NCBI GenBank assembly: GCA_964464765.1
Contig: CAYXJU010000001.1
Coordinates: 1 to 54,304, forward strand
Source: an uncultured Candidatus Bathyarchaeia archaeon
GTDB lineage: Archaea; Thermoproteota; Bathyarchaeia; 40CM-2-53-6; CAVXDP01
Reading direction: 5' to 3'
DNA: 54,304 nt
The notes below the pieces were generated by a model, which was not told the origin of the DNA, made no database searches, and saw only the letters and a program-made list of their open reading frames with translations. Position 1 is the first letter of the stretch, and each line of letters opens with the position of its first letter. Position numbers and translations under genes: made by a program. This document shows, piece after piece, positions 1 to 8,856 of the stretch.

Positions 1-592
1 ACACTTCGGCCTCTTCCATGTAATGGGTCGTAAGAAGAATGGTCACACCCTCGGCTCTTAGATCACGAAGCCTCTGCCAAATCATATGTCTAGCTTGAGG
101 GTCAAGTCCAATCGTCGGTTCATCAAGCACAAGCATTCTCGGCTCGTTCAGTAATGCTCGGGCAAGGATAAGCCTTCGTTTCATGCCTGTGGAGAGTCTC
201 TCAATCACGATATCCTTCTTCTCTTCCAGCTGGAAAAACTCAAGCAACTTCTTGGCTCTTGCTTGAGCCTCGTTCTTGGAAATATCAAAGTAACGAGAGT
301 AGGTTATCAAATTCTCGATAACTGTAAAATCCGGGTCTAGATTGTTCTCTTGTGGCGCTACTCCAATCAGTTCTTTGATCTTTCTAGGATTCTGGTCAAC
401 ATCGACTCCAGCCACCTCAAGCCTTCCCGATGTCTTCGGCGAGACACAGTAGATCATCTTCATTGTTGTGGTCTTTCCTGCACCATTTGGGCCCAAGAAG
501 CCGAACAATTCTCCTTGGTCAACATAGAAGTTCACAGCGTCCACAGCCACGAAATCGCCGAACTTTTTGGTCAGGTTTTCTGCAAGAACCAT
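1..592 (-). CDS. ABC transporter ATP-binding protein (ABC-2/CcmA-like), C-terminus runs off window start
   Basis: Not in the ORF track because it is truncated. Reverse-strand translation from ATG (592..590) reads MVLAENLTKKFGDFVAVDAVNFYVDQGELFGFLGPNGAGKTTTMKMI (Walker A). It continues LSTGMKRRLILARALLNEPRMLVLDEPTIGLD (signature and Walker B) and TTHYMEEAE (H-loop). Confidence 0.9.
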   Translation of the reverse strand, partial: MVLAENLTKKFGDFVAVDAVNFYVDQGELFGFLGPNGAGKTTTMKMIYCVSPKTSGRLEVAGVDVDQNPRKIKELIGVAPQENNLDPDFTVIENLITYSRYFDISKNEAQARAKKLLEFFQLEEKKDIVIERLSTGMKRRLILARALLNEPRMLVLDEPTIGLDPQARHMIWQRLRDLRAEGVTILLTTHYMEEAEV

Positions 593-758
593 GGTTTCCA
601 ACTGAGATTACCTCCCGTGACAACACGGAAGAGTCATCGTCAGGATAAGGTTTCGTCGTTCAAATATCATGTATGGATCGCGTTGGCGGCAAGTTTCTGG
701 AAGTCACTTATTAAAGAGGATGTAGCAATTGAGTTTCCTCAAGAACTGGAGACGCATC

Positions 759-1406
759 ATGTTCGAAGACCTAGGCAGACTTGATCCAAGACTTATGGGA
801 ATTACTGCGATTCGAGGCGTCGGACTTAGCTCCAATATCTACGTGATCAAGGCTGAAGAGGTAACGCTCATTGATACGGGAGTCGGCAATGAACATAACA
901 GACTGGACCGAACGCTTGAACAATTGCATATACCGATGCAGAGTGTTAGGCACGTCATTCTGACACACGCTCACGCTGATCATTTTGGTGGACTATTGAC
1001 AATTCAATCTCTCACTTCTCCACGAATTCTAGTTCACAAACTTGACGGCCATGCTCTTGAAGAAGTGGACACAAAACGCATCACTTGGATCAATGAAGGA
1101 GATACTGTCAACGCGTCCGGGCGCAGGCTTAAAGTCGTCCACACGCCTGGACATACGGCAGGCAGTATCTGTCTGTTCGATGAAGCGAACAAGACGCTTT
1201 TTTCTGGTGACACAGTCTTTCCTGACGGCCTATTCGGAAGGACGGATTTGCCCACAGGTGACGCACAAGCTTTGGTCGATTCATTGAAGAAGCTCACGCG
1301 TCTGGATGTCGAGTCTCTGTTAGCAGGTCACGAGAGATCTGTCATTCACGATGGAAGTTCGCAAATCAGACTCTCGTACGAAGTGGCTCAGTCTTTCTTC
1401 GGATAA
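759..1406 (+). CDS. MBL-fold metallo-hydrolase
   Basis: Has the HAHADHFGG metal-binding motif plus downstream HTPGHT and GD..F motifs. First ATG is at 759; the track ORF begins at an upstream TTG (729). Confidence 0.85.
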   Translation: MFEDLGRLDPRLMGITAIRGVGLSSNIYVIKAEEVTLIDTGVGNEHNRLDRTLEQLHIPMQSVRHVILTHAHADHFGGLLTIQSLTSPRILVHKLDGHALEEVDTKRITWINEGDTVNASGRRLKVVHTPGHTAGSICLFDEANKTLFSGDTVFPDGLFGRTDLPTGDAQALVDSLKKLTRLDVESLLAGHERSVIHDGSSQIRLSYEVAQSFFG

Positions 1407-1418
1407 CTGTAGAAAGAT

Positions 1419-1877
1419 CTAGTCGTACTCTACCCAGTAGGATTCCCCTGTGCCAAGTGTCTCTTTCTTCCAGATGGTTGCTTCTTTCTTGACTCGCTCA
1501 ACCGTCTCTACAAGTGTTGGAAAAACATCTTTCCTGTTTCCTCCGGCAACCATAACCACAAATATTAGGTTGCCGAGTTCAAGATGCCCCGTTACATGAT
1601 GTATGAGAACCTCGACGATTCCAGGGCGTTTTTTCATTTCTTCAGCTATACTCGAAAACACCTTCTCCGCTTTCTCCTCGTAAGCCTCCATCTTGAGCCC
1701 TTTCACTTCCTTCCCCTCCTGGCTCGTGCCGCGAACTATTCCGAAGAATGATGCGATTGCTCCAACCTCTTTGAACCTCTTGTTTGACCTTATTAGTTCA
1801 ATGAGATCTGGAATCGAGATTTCTCCCTTCTGATGCATACCGATGTTCTTTGAATTCATTTGGATCACCATGAACAC
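1419..1877 (-). CDS. moaE: Molybdopterin synthase catalytic subunit MoaE
   Basis: 152 aa with a MoaE-like pattern (FFGIVRG...EAYEE.AEK...HHVTG.L..G......V.AGGNRKD.F......VE.VK....IWKKE). Confidence 0.8.
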   Translation of the reverse strand: MFMVIQMNSKNIGMHQKGEISIPDLIELIRSNKRFKEVGAIASFFGIVRGTSQEGKEVKGLKMEAYEEKAEKVFSSIAEEMKKRPGIVEVLIHHVTGHLELGNLIFVVMVAGGNRKDVFPTLVETVERVKKEATIWKKETLGTGESYWVEYD

Positions 1878-1987
1878 TCGAACGGTGTCAGAATGTGAGA
1901 TTCGCTCCTTAAGAAAAACATACCTTTTTCATTTCTTTGTGTTATTCTGAAATAGTCTTGATACTGTTTGCAAGAAAGGCTCGTGTA

Positions 1988-3166
1988 ATGAAAGATCTTG
2001 AGATGTTTTCCGATCACTACAAATTCTCAATCGACTTCGTAAGACAACTCCACGACCTGTACAAGGATTCGATTAAGCTTTCACTTGAGGCTTTGAAATC
2101 ACCGGGTCAAAGATACTATTTCAGAGCGAACACACTGAAGACCTCGGTGAATGATCTTCTTCAGAGACTCCATAGTAAGGGCCTTGGAGTTGAGAGACAT
2201 CACATCATTGACGAAGCATTGTACTTTCCTGTGGAGGGGCCTTTCACTGTGAATGTTGAAGGGAGAAAGGTTGTTGTTGAGAAGTTCACTGCAGAATCGG
2301 TTCTGCAAGGGTCCCACGTGTATGCTCCTGGTGTAGTGATGTGTCGAGGCCTTCGACTGGGGGAAAGGGTCACGGTGGTAGACGATCATGGGCAACCTGT
2401 TGCAAATGGACTTGCAAGAATGAGTGAAAATCAGATTCTCACTTTCAGGAGAGGTCTGGCTGTGGAGGTCACAAATCCCATCTACAGGACCCCCAGTCTG
2501 CGGGAGACAGAAGAGTTTGCACGAGGCCTCATCTATCCACAGTCTCTTCCGGCGATGGTGACGAGCAGGGTTCTGGATCCGCAACCAGAGGAAACGATAG
2601 TGGATATGACGTGCTCCCCTGGAGGGAAACTGACCCACATATGCCAACTGACCGAGAACAAGGCGATCGTGGTCGGCGTTGACCGCAACAAGAAGAAGAT
2701 TTCAACGACGCAACAAACTGTAATGCGACTCGGATGCAAAAATGTCAGTCTGATAGTTTCGGATGCTCGATACTTGGATGTTGATCATCCACATATTGTG
2801 GCTGACAGGTGCCTTGTAGATCCCCCGTGCAGCGGTCTTGGATTACTCCCAAAATTGTACGAGCACACCAAGCAAAACGAGATTGAGAGTCTCGCGGACT
2901 ATCAGAGGCAATTCCTCAAGATAGCTTCAAGAATAGTGAGGCCGGGTGGAACGGTAGTTTACAGCGTCTGCACAATTACACGTGAAGAATGCGAGAACGT
3001 TGCAGAGTTTGGAGAGAACGAATGTGGAATGAAGCTTGAGAAGCAGAAGACGTTTCTTGGTTCGCCAGGTCTTGCGGAAGACTTTGAACACGCCAAGTAC
3101 ACGCAGAGATTTCATCCTCACATTCATGGGGCCGGATTTTTCATCGCCCGATTCATCAAACCATAA
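1988..3166 (+). CDS. PUA-domain NOL1/NOP2/Sun-family RNA cytosine-C5 methyltransferase
   Basis: SAM-binding motif DMTCSPGGKLTHI and catalytic motifs DPPCSGLG and VYSVCT. The N-terminal ~200 aa look like pre-PUA/PUA. ATG at 1988 is preferred over the upstream track start. Confidence 0.85.
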   Translation: MKDLEMFSDHYKFSIDFVRQLHDLYKDSIKLSLEALKSPGQRYYFRANTLKTSVNDLLQRLHSKGLGVERHHIIDEALYFPVEGPFTVNVEGRKVVVEKFTAESVLQGSHVYAPGVVMCRGLRLGERVTVVDDHGQPVANGLARMSENQILTFRRGLAVEVTNPIYRTPSLRETEEFARGLIYPQSLPAMVTSRVLDPQPEETIVDMTCSPGGKLTHICQLTENKAIVVGVDRNKKKISTTQQTVMRLGCKNVSLIVSDARYLDVDHPHIVADRCLVDPPCSGLGLLPKLYEHTKQNEIESLADYQRQFLKIASRIVRPGGTVVYSVCTITREECENVAEFGENECGMKLEKQKTFLGSPGLAEDFEHAKYTQRFHPHIHGAGFFIARFIKP

Positions 3167-3258
3167 TCCTGATGACCGATTCAATTGAGAATCAGTAATC
3201 CATTGAGTTACAGATTTTAGTCACAAGATGAACATGTTAGTGAGTAGTGTGAGAAACA

Positions 3259-3552
3259 ATGAAGTTTTCTGAAAGCGTTCTCACAAAGGGAAAAAGTGGG
3301 AAACTAGAAGTTAGAGCTCTGGAATCCAGAGGGTCATATGTCATGTGCAAGTATCTGATCCCTGATACACTGAAGCCTGCTGACAAAAAAATCAAATTAT
3401 CCTTAAAGGACGAGAAGGGAGACGTTAGAGAGTATTTCATAATTCCTCTCAAAGATCAAAAGCGTTCGCTTCTCATTGCAGCTGAGAAGGAAGAGAAAGA
3501 ACGTAAGATATGGAACGATCAGATTCAGCAAGAAGAGGATCTTTGGAAATAG
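3259..3552 (+). CDS. Hypothetical small protein (97 aa, Lys/Glu-rich C-terminus)
   Basis: ATG-initiated ORF in an otherwise empty gap. No motif recognised. Confidence 0.4.
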   Translation: MKFSESVLTKGKSGKLEVRALESRGSYVMCKYLIPDTLKPADKKIKLSLKDEKGDVREYFIIPLKDQKRSLLIAAEKEEKERKIWNDQIQQEEDLWK

Positions 3553-3574
3553 AGTGAGTACGCTCACTGCTGTG

Positions 3575-4186
3575 TTACGCGACTGGAAGCAACTCTATCA
3601 GAGATAGAAGCGGAATACCTTCGATTTTGTCTCTTCCAGTCTTGTTTACCAAGACTGCCACGGCTGTTGATTTCGCTCCAGATTCGTCAAGAATCTTCAT
3701 GGAAAATTTAATCGCTGCTCCACCTCCTGCGATCGTGTCGACAATCAGAACTTTGCGATTCTTCGGGTTGCAGAATGATGGATTGACTACGCCGGGTTGC
3801 TTGCTCTCATCTGCTCCTCCGTAGACTCTTATTGCTGAGAAAGGTTTTCCCAACTCCTCCGCAACGATATAGCCGAGAAGCATTCCGCTGCCTCCAATTC
3901 CCACAACCACTTCGGGTTCATCACATTCTCCCTTCTCGACAGTTTCATGAACTAGATCTGCCAATGCCCAACCAGCAAGGGAAAGACGCCTGACGCTTGA
4001 ACCAACATGGTTCCAATCAACAAAAACATCATGCGGGGCGGGTTTCCCAGCCTTTCCTTTCCCACGAAGAAGAAGCCAAACAACAGTATCGGGTTGGACC
4101 CCGAGCTCCTCTGCCATCTCGTAAGTCGAAAGCCCTCTGGACTTGAGCTCATGAGCTTTCTCAACAAGTTCTTCAAGTCTCTTCAA
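3575..4186 (-). CDS. gfcR: GfcR-like transcriptional regulator (HTH plus phosphoribosyltransferase domain, PyrE-like)
   Basis: N-terminal HTH (SRGLSTYEMAEELGVQPDTVVWLL) followed by a PRTase fold with the PRPP loop VLIVDTIAGGG. TTG start at 4186. Confidence 0.7.
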   Translation of the reverse strand: MKRLEELVEKAHELKSRGLSTYEMAEELGVQPDTVVWLLLRGKGKAGKPAPHDVFVDWNHVGSSVRRLSLAGWALADLVHETVEKGECDEPEVVVGIGGSGMLLGYIVAEELGKPFSAIRVYGGADESKQPGVVNPSFCNPKNRKVLIVDTIAGGGAAIKFSMKILDESGAKSTAVAVLVNKTGRDKIEGIPLLSLIELLPVA

Positions 4187-4322
4187 AAACTATACCTCAC
4201 TCGAAAACAAATCCACCCAGTATTTGATCTCTTACCACCGTTTATAAGGTATCGTCTAGAGACAATTCTAGAAAGATCGTTAGTCAAACCTCTCGTGTAT
4301 TATCAGTTCAAGGCGACAGCAA

Positions 4323-5270
4323 ATGAAATTGGACTTTACGATAACTTCTCAGGAGATCCGCGGCCCTTTCAACCTACATCATACTATGCAGAGTGGCCAA
4401 ACGTCAGAACCATATTGGCTGCGAACAAATGGTGGCTACTGGGACGCTGACATAAGCGATGGCAAAGTGATTAGGTATGATGTCTACCCAAATCTTGAGT
4501 CTGAAAAGCCTTCGCTGAATGTCCATCTGATGATCCAAGAAGCTAATGATAACATCGTACAATATGTCAAGACCCATTTGATTGAACTCTTCAGGCTGAA
4601 CGACGATCTGCCATTGTTCTATGAGAAGTTTCGAGTTGAGAAAATTTCGAAGGCATTCAAGGAGTTCACTGGCCTAAGATTGATGAAGGCTTCAAATTCC
4701 TATGAGAGTCTGATATGTTCGATCTGCTCCCAACATTCATCAGTGGAACAATGGAACAGAACGGTGCGCTGTATTCGAACGACCTTTGGAGAAAGCTTCA
4801 CTCTGCCAAGCGGCGACATCTTCCACTCCTTTCCATCTCCTGAAAGACTTGCAGAAGCACCTATTGCCAAGCTTGAGGGCTGCCAAGCAGGCTACAGGTC
4901 CGAATACATACTGTCGGCCTCAAAGAGCATAGTAAATGGCAGTCTCAACTTGGAGAAGTTGAAACAAGCATCCTACGAGCATGCGAAGGATGAGTTGATG
5001 GAACTCCCCGGAATCGGACCCAAGGTAGCTGACTGCTTTCTACTGTATGGCCTAGGCCAGACAAGAGCTGCGCCTGTCGATATTTGGATTCACCGAATAG
5101 TTCCGAAAGTCTACTTTGGAGGAGCAAAGATGACAAAAGATGAAGTAGGGAAGTTTCTCAGAAATAGATTCGGAGAGTGGGCTGGACTAGCTCAATTGTA
5201 CCTGTTCCATTATGGTCGGATGCGATTCAGGACTCTCTTTCCACCAGCCAGCAGAATCTTGGAATCATAG
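4323..5270 (+). CDS. ogg: OGG1-type 8-oxoguanine DNA glycosylase / AP lyase (HhH-GPD)
   Basis: HhH-GPD motif LPGIGPKVADCFLLYGLG with the catalytic Lys, and APVDIWIHRI with the catalytic Asp. An N-terminal OGG_N-like domain is present. Confidence 0.8.
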   Translation: MKLDFTITSQEIRGPFNLHHTMQSGQTSEPYWLRTNGGYWDADISDGKVIRYDVYPNLESEKPSLNVHLMIQEANDNIVQYVKTHLIELFRLNDDLPLFYEKFRVEKISKAFKEFTGLRLMKASNSYESLICSICSQHSSVEQWNRTVRCIRTTFGESFTLPSGDIFHSFPSPERLAEAPIAKLEGCQAGYRSEYILSASKSIVNGSLNLEKLKQASYEHAKDELMELPGIGPKVADCFLLYGLGQTRAAPVDIWIHRIVPKVYFGGAKMTKDEVGKFLRNRFGEWAGLAQLYLFHYGRMRFRTLFPPASRILES

Positions 5271-5310
5271 AAATCCCTTGTTCGCGTTAGTCAAAGTGCA
5301 AACCATGCCT

Positions 5311-5862
5311 TCAACTCGAAATTTGAGACAGACTCCTCTTTCGAATCAGCGACTTCTTTGAAACCCGTCTTCTAAGCTCAGTACCACAGACCTCGCACGT
5401 TCGCCTTGAGCGGTCTTGAGGATACTTTCTGTAACATGCGGGACAGTACAGAGTCCAGTTAAACCTCTGCGAAATCCCAAAAGTTGCAAGCGAAACGTAG
5501 TTCAATACCAAGCGTTCAGCAACGTTCTGAACAGCATAATCATCACTGACTATTGTTGGGTTTTTTCCTTCGGTTCTAAGATCAATTGCCAGAGCGAGCA
5601 CCTGAAGATCTGCATCAGATAGAGCAAGTTTCTCACCAAGTTCCAATGAGACGTTGCGAACGGTTTCAAGAGACTTATCCGTAGGAGCTCGAACAATTAG
5701 TTTTCCGGTCACTACTGATGCGTCGGAGCGAAGTGAAGCGAAGCTTCGAGATGAAAGCTCCTGCATCACTGCCGGAACGGAGAAGGTCTGCGCTGTAACG
5801 GATGAGGGATTGAATCCCATAATGAAGGCTGTCGTGTCTAAGACCAGAACCTCTTTTTCCAA
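5311..5862 (-). CDS. nob1: Nob1 endonuclease (PIN domain plus Zn ribbon), 16S/18S 3'-end maturation
   Basis: N-terminal PIN domain (VLVLDTTAFIMG...SDADLQVLALA...VSDDYAVQNVA). C-terminal zinc ribbon CPACYRKY...CEVCG. TTG start. Confidence 0.8.
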   Translation of the reverse strand: MEKEVLVLDTTAFIMGFNPSSVTAQTFSVPAVMQELSSRSFASLRSDASVVTGKLIVRAPTDKSLETVRNVSLELGEKLALSDADLQVLALAIDLRTEGKNPTIVSDDYAVQNVAERLVLNYVSLATFGISQRFNWTLYCPACYRKYPQDRSRRTCEVCGTELRRRVSKKSLIRKRSLSQISS

Positions 5863-5956
5863 TCCCAGTTCACTATAGGGCTTGTTTCAACTCTCTGAAA
5901 TCTGGCCCTCTCAAATTCATTAAGTGACCTGCGTTGATGTATAGTTTTTGACTGCA

Positions 5957-6799
5957 CTATATCGCTCTGAATTCTCTCGGTTGGAGTCTCAGAAGACTTC
6001 TTGAGAGGAGGGGAGTTTCGAATCTAACAAAGACCGCCTTATGCTCCGATTTTCCAAGCTTCAACGGACTCTTTGGATAGAGTTTGTGCTGATATCGACC
6101 ATCAACGACAACCTCTCCTGCAGGTCGTTCGTCCAGAAGCGTGATCTCGATCGTTGATCTTGATTGGATGACTATTGGTCTTATGGGTTCAAGGGAGCAA
6201 ACAAATACTATTACGAATGCATTCAGCGAATTGTCGAGAATCGGTCCTCCAGCTGACATTGCATGTGCAGTCGAACCAGTCGGAGTCGCCACGATCACAC
6301 TGTCTGCCCTACACTCAACAAGCTTACGATGGTCCAAGCTTAGGCTGAAACGAAGCATTTTTGACGGGATAGAAGAAGTGACGAGAACTTCGTTTAACGC
6401 GTCGGCTATCCATTTTCCATCGATGTAAGCCGACAGTTTTGAATGATCCTCAACTCTATACTTTCCTGCGAGATAACCTTCCAAAGCCTTGATTGCATTT
6501 GCAGGTTCCACTTCCGTAAGGTAACCTCTTCGACCCATATTCACAGAGAGTATAGGCGTATCAGGCTTGGGAATATTTATGCAAGTCTTAAGAACGGTCC
6601 CATCACCACCCACTGTGACGATCAAATCAACATTCATGTCTGAAATTGAACAGCCTCTATCCAAGTTCTCCAGCCTAGCCAGCGTGGTCTCTGGTAGAAC
6701 TTCGAGCTTCTTCGACAAAATGAAGTCGTATATCTCCCTTGACTTTGCCAAGGCATCGCTGTGATCCAAACGTGAGACGAGACCAATTCTTTTTGCCAT
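5957..6799 (-). CDS. nadK: NAD kinase
   Basis: GGDGT motif (VTVGGDGTVL), NEV motif and TPTGSTAHAMSAGGPI motif. 280 aa. Confidence 0.9.
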   Translation of the reverse strand: MAKRIGLVSRLDHSDALAKSREIYDFILSKKLEVLPETTLARLENLDRGCSISDMNVDLIVTVGGDGTVLKTCINIPKPDTPILSVNMGRRGYLTEVEPANAIKALEGYLAGKYRVEDHSKLSAYIDGKWIADALNEVLVTSSIPSKMLRFSLSLDHRKLVECRADSVIVATPTGSTAHAMSAGGPILDNSLNAFVIVFVCSLEPIRPIVIQSRSTIEITLLDERPAGEVVVDGRYQHKLYPKSPLKLGKSEHKAVFVRFETPLLSRSLLRLQPREFRAI

Positions 6800-6992
6800 T
6801 TTGACCTGCTCGGTACTCTATTCCTATTTACATTATAAACTTGTAAAGAACTAGACAGAGGAACAAGTTACGGGTGGACTTGAGGACCCCTCTGGATAAC
6901 GCTTGACAAATAAGCAAATCACACCTAGTATTTCTCTAAGGACAGTAGCCCTTGTCAGCTGAGGTCTTGCACAAACCCAGGTTTGAATAGAT

Positions 6993-7682
6993 TTGAACGA
7001 GATTTCCACGCATGTCCAGACTGGTTGCTCCACTCTGGATAGACTGTTGGGTGGAGGTCTCAGGCGAGGCGAGGTAACCCTCGTCTATGGAGAGGCCGCT
7101 ACTGGAAAAACCAACCTTGCATTGCAAGTTTCAGCGCAGACTGTTAGAACTGGAGGAAAAGTGATCTACGTAGATATCGATCAATCATTCTCGTCTCAAC
7201 GCTTTCATCAGATTGCTTCCGATATGGAAGAACAGAGCCATAACATAGTGATATTCATCCCCGAATTCTTTCTGGATCAAACCAGAATCTTCGAAAGCCT
7301 AGAGAAGTATGTGGGAAAAATCACACGACTAATTGTCGTTGATGCAGTAACGACATTGTACCGAGCGATATCAGCGACAGCGGGAGAACGGTTTGCACTT
7401 AACCGGGAGCTTAGTCGACAATTAGCTTACCTAGTTTCCTTAACAAGCACACATGATCTAGCGACACTTGTCACCAGCCAAGTGCACGCGCGACTTGGCA
7501 CACCGATTCCGAGCATAGAACCAGTTGCCAGACGGACACTCTTTCATTGGCCCCAGACCATAATCCGTTTGGAGTCAACCGCAAAGAGAAACATCAAGCG
7601 GGCCATCGTGGAACGACACCATTCCGAGACTACCACGAATATGATGTGCCATATGGCATTGACCGAGAGGGGTTTTGAATAA
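6993..7682 (+). CDS. radB: RadB (RecA-superfamily DNA repair/recombination protein, short paralogue)
   Basis: 229 aa. STLDRLLGGGLRRGEVTLVYGEAATGKTNLALQ contains Walker A, and LIVVDAV is Walker B. There is no N-terminal HhH domain. TTG start at 6993 with no in-frame ATG upstream of the conserved region. Confidence 0.75.
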   Translation: MNEISTHVQTGCSTLDRLLGGGLRRGEVTLVYGEAATGKTNLALQVSAQTVRTGGKVIYVDIDQSFSSQRFHQIASDMEEQSHNIVIFIPEFFLDQTRIFESLEKYVGKITRLIVVDAVTTLYRAISATAGERFALNRELSRQLAYLVSLTSTHDLATLVTSQVHARLGTPIPSIEPVARRTLFHWPQTIIRLESTAKRNIKRAIVERHHSETTTNMMCHMALTERGFE

Positions 7683-7743
7683 ATTAACACTTATCTCTAG
7701 CAGACAATGATAGGATGCGCCCCAGTAGGCTGAGTACGGAACC

Positions 7744-8250
7744 TTGGAGATTACTCTGACACTTAACGACTTTCTAGTGGCTCTGTCTTTCATGATACCC
7801 GCCTATGTAGCAAACTCAACTCCAATAATTCTTGGAGGAGGGAAAACCATCGATTTTGGTAGAAGATTCATCGATGGAGAGAGAATATTTGGTCCCAACA
7901 AGACAATAAGAGGATTCATCAGTGGACTAGCTCTTGGATCTGCTGTGGGAATTTTCGAAGAATTAGTTGTATCCCAGGGCATGATAGAGAGATCGTTTCT
8001 TATATCACTGGGCGCTCTGTCAGGAGACCTCATATGCGCATTTATCAAAAGGCGATTGAAGTTTCCACCTGGATTCCCACTGCCTCTCATGGATCAGTTA
8101 GATTTCATTCTTGGGGCGCTACTCTTTTCATACCCGATCTATGGATTCAATTCAAACGCTGCCTTTATCGTGCTTCTCCTGACGCCACCAATTCACTTAG
8201 CAACGAACACGGTGGCGTATGTCCTGAGGCTTAAAAATACAGCTTGGTAG
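7744..8250 (+). CDS. carS: CDP-archaeol synthase (CDP-2,3-bis-O-geranylgeranyl-sn-glycerol synthase)
   Basis: The DUF46/CarS hallmark MIPAYVANSTPIILGGGKTIDFG....DG.RIFG.NKT.RGF is present. Polytopic membrane protein of 168 aa. TTG start. Confidence 0.85.
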   Translation: MEITLTLNDFLVALSFMIPAYVANSTPIILGGGKTIDFGRRFIDGERIFGPNKTIRGFISGLALGSAVGIFEELVVSQGMIERSFLISLGALSGDLICAFIKRRLKFPPGFPLPLMDQLDFILGALLFSYPIYGFNSNAAFIVLLLTPPIHLATNTVAYVLRLKNTAW

Positions 8251-8257
8251 AATAAAG

Positions 8258-8761
8258 CTATCCAGTGCTCATTTTGTCTTGGAGCAGAGTGTTCGTATAG
8301 TAGACAATCATCAGAACGATTACTACGCCGAGAATAAGCATCAAGTAAGCCTGTCGAGGCCTGTATGCCAACCGTGTACTCCTCAATAACATATAGAGTC
8401 CTGCCATACCGATAACGTAGAGCAAGCCTGAGATGAGACTTTCGTTAACTGTCTGAGCATTGATACTTCCACGATAGAGGAAAGTCCAGCCTCCAGTCTT
8501 CGGTAGAATGGCCAGAGGCTTTTCCAGAAGATCGTATATTCCTCCGACCAAAATGAAAACGACGAAAGCCATCATAACAAGTACAATCACCGTTGTGGAT
8601 GGTCTCATAGCCTCAGATGTAGGGAGCCGCTGAACTCTGAGTCTATACCCCATATCTCCGAGGCGTCTCCGAAGCCTCCAAGAAACTTTCTCAGCTTTTC
8701 TTTTCATTCTGCCCATATCCAGTTGTGACACTCTAGTGCACAAACCAAGCCAATTAAGCAT
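8258..8761 (-). CDS. Small 3-4 TM membrane protein, OSTC/DC2-like (OST3/OST6 superfamily) candidate
   Basis: My recollection of human OSTC aligns over the whole TM core. The matches are LVGGIYDLLEKP vs ITGGIIYDVIVEPP, FLYRGSINAQTVNESLISGLLYVIGMAGLYMLLRS vs [34 protein letters not shown], and a final TM helix. An alternative start is ATG 8716. Confidence 0.5.
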   Translation of the reverse strand: MLNWLGLCTRVSQLDMGRMKRKAEKVSWRLRRRLGDMGYRLRVQRLPTSEAMRPSTTVIVLVMMAFVVFILVGGIYDLLEKPLAILPKTGGWTFLYRGSINAQTVNESLISGLLYVIGMAGLYMLLRSTRLAYRPRQAYLMLILGVVIVLMIVYYTNTLLQDKMSTG

Positions 8762-8802
8762 TTTCCTCGGTTGTTCAGACAGCTCTCAAGACTTAGAGTG
8801 AG

Positions 8803-8814
8803 TTAATTATAAAT
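8803..8814. promoter_or_regulatory. AT-rich near-palindromic TATA-like element in the divergent gcvT / OSTC-like intergenic region
   Basis: TTAATTATAAAT lies about 45 nt upstream of both TTG 8857 (+) and ATG 8761 (-). Confidence 0.35.
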
Positions 8815-8856
8815 CCATGCTATGTGGGTGAATATGCCACCAAGTTGGTGAATTGA

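Noticed and set aside
8478-8493. GAGGAAAGTCCAGCC on the plus strand resembles the RNase P RNA CR-I motif (GAGGAAAGUCCGGGC).
   Set aside because: It lies inside the OSTC-like ORF, where the minus strand encodes the conserved ...GGWTFLYRGS... segment. No flanking GC-rich helices or other RNase P conserved regions are present.
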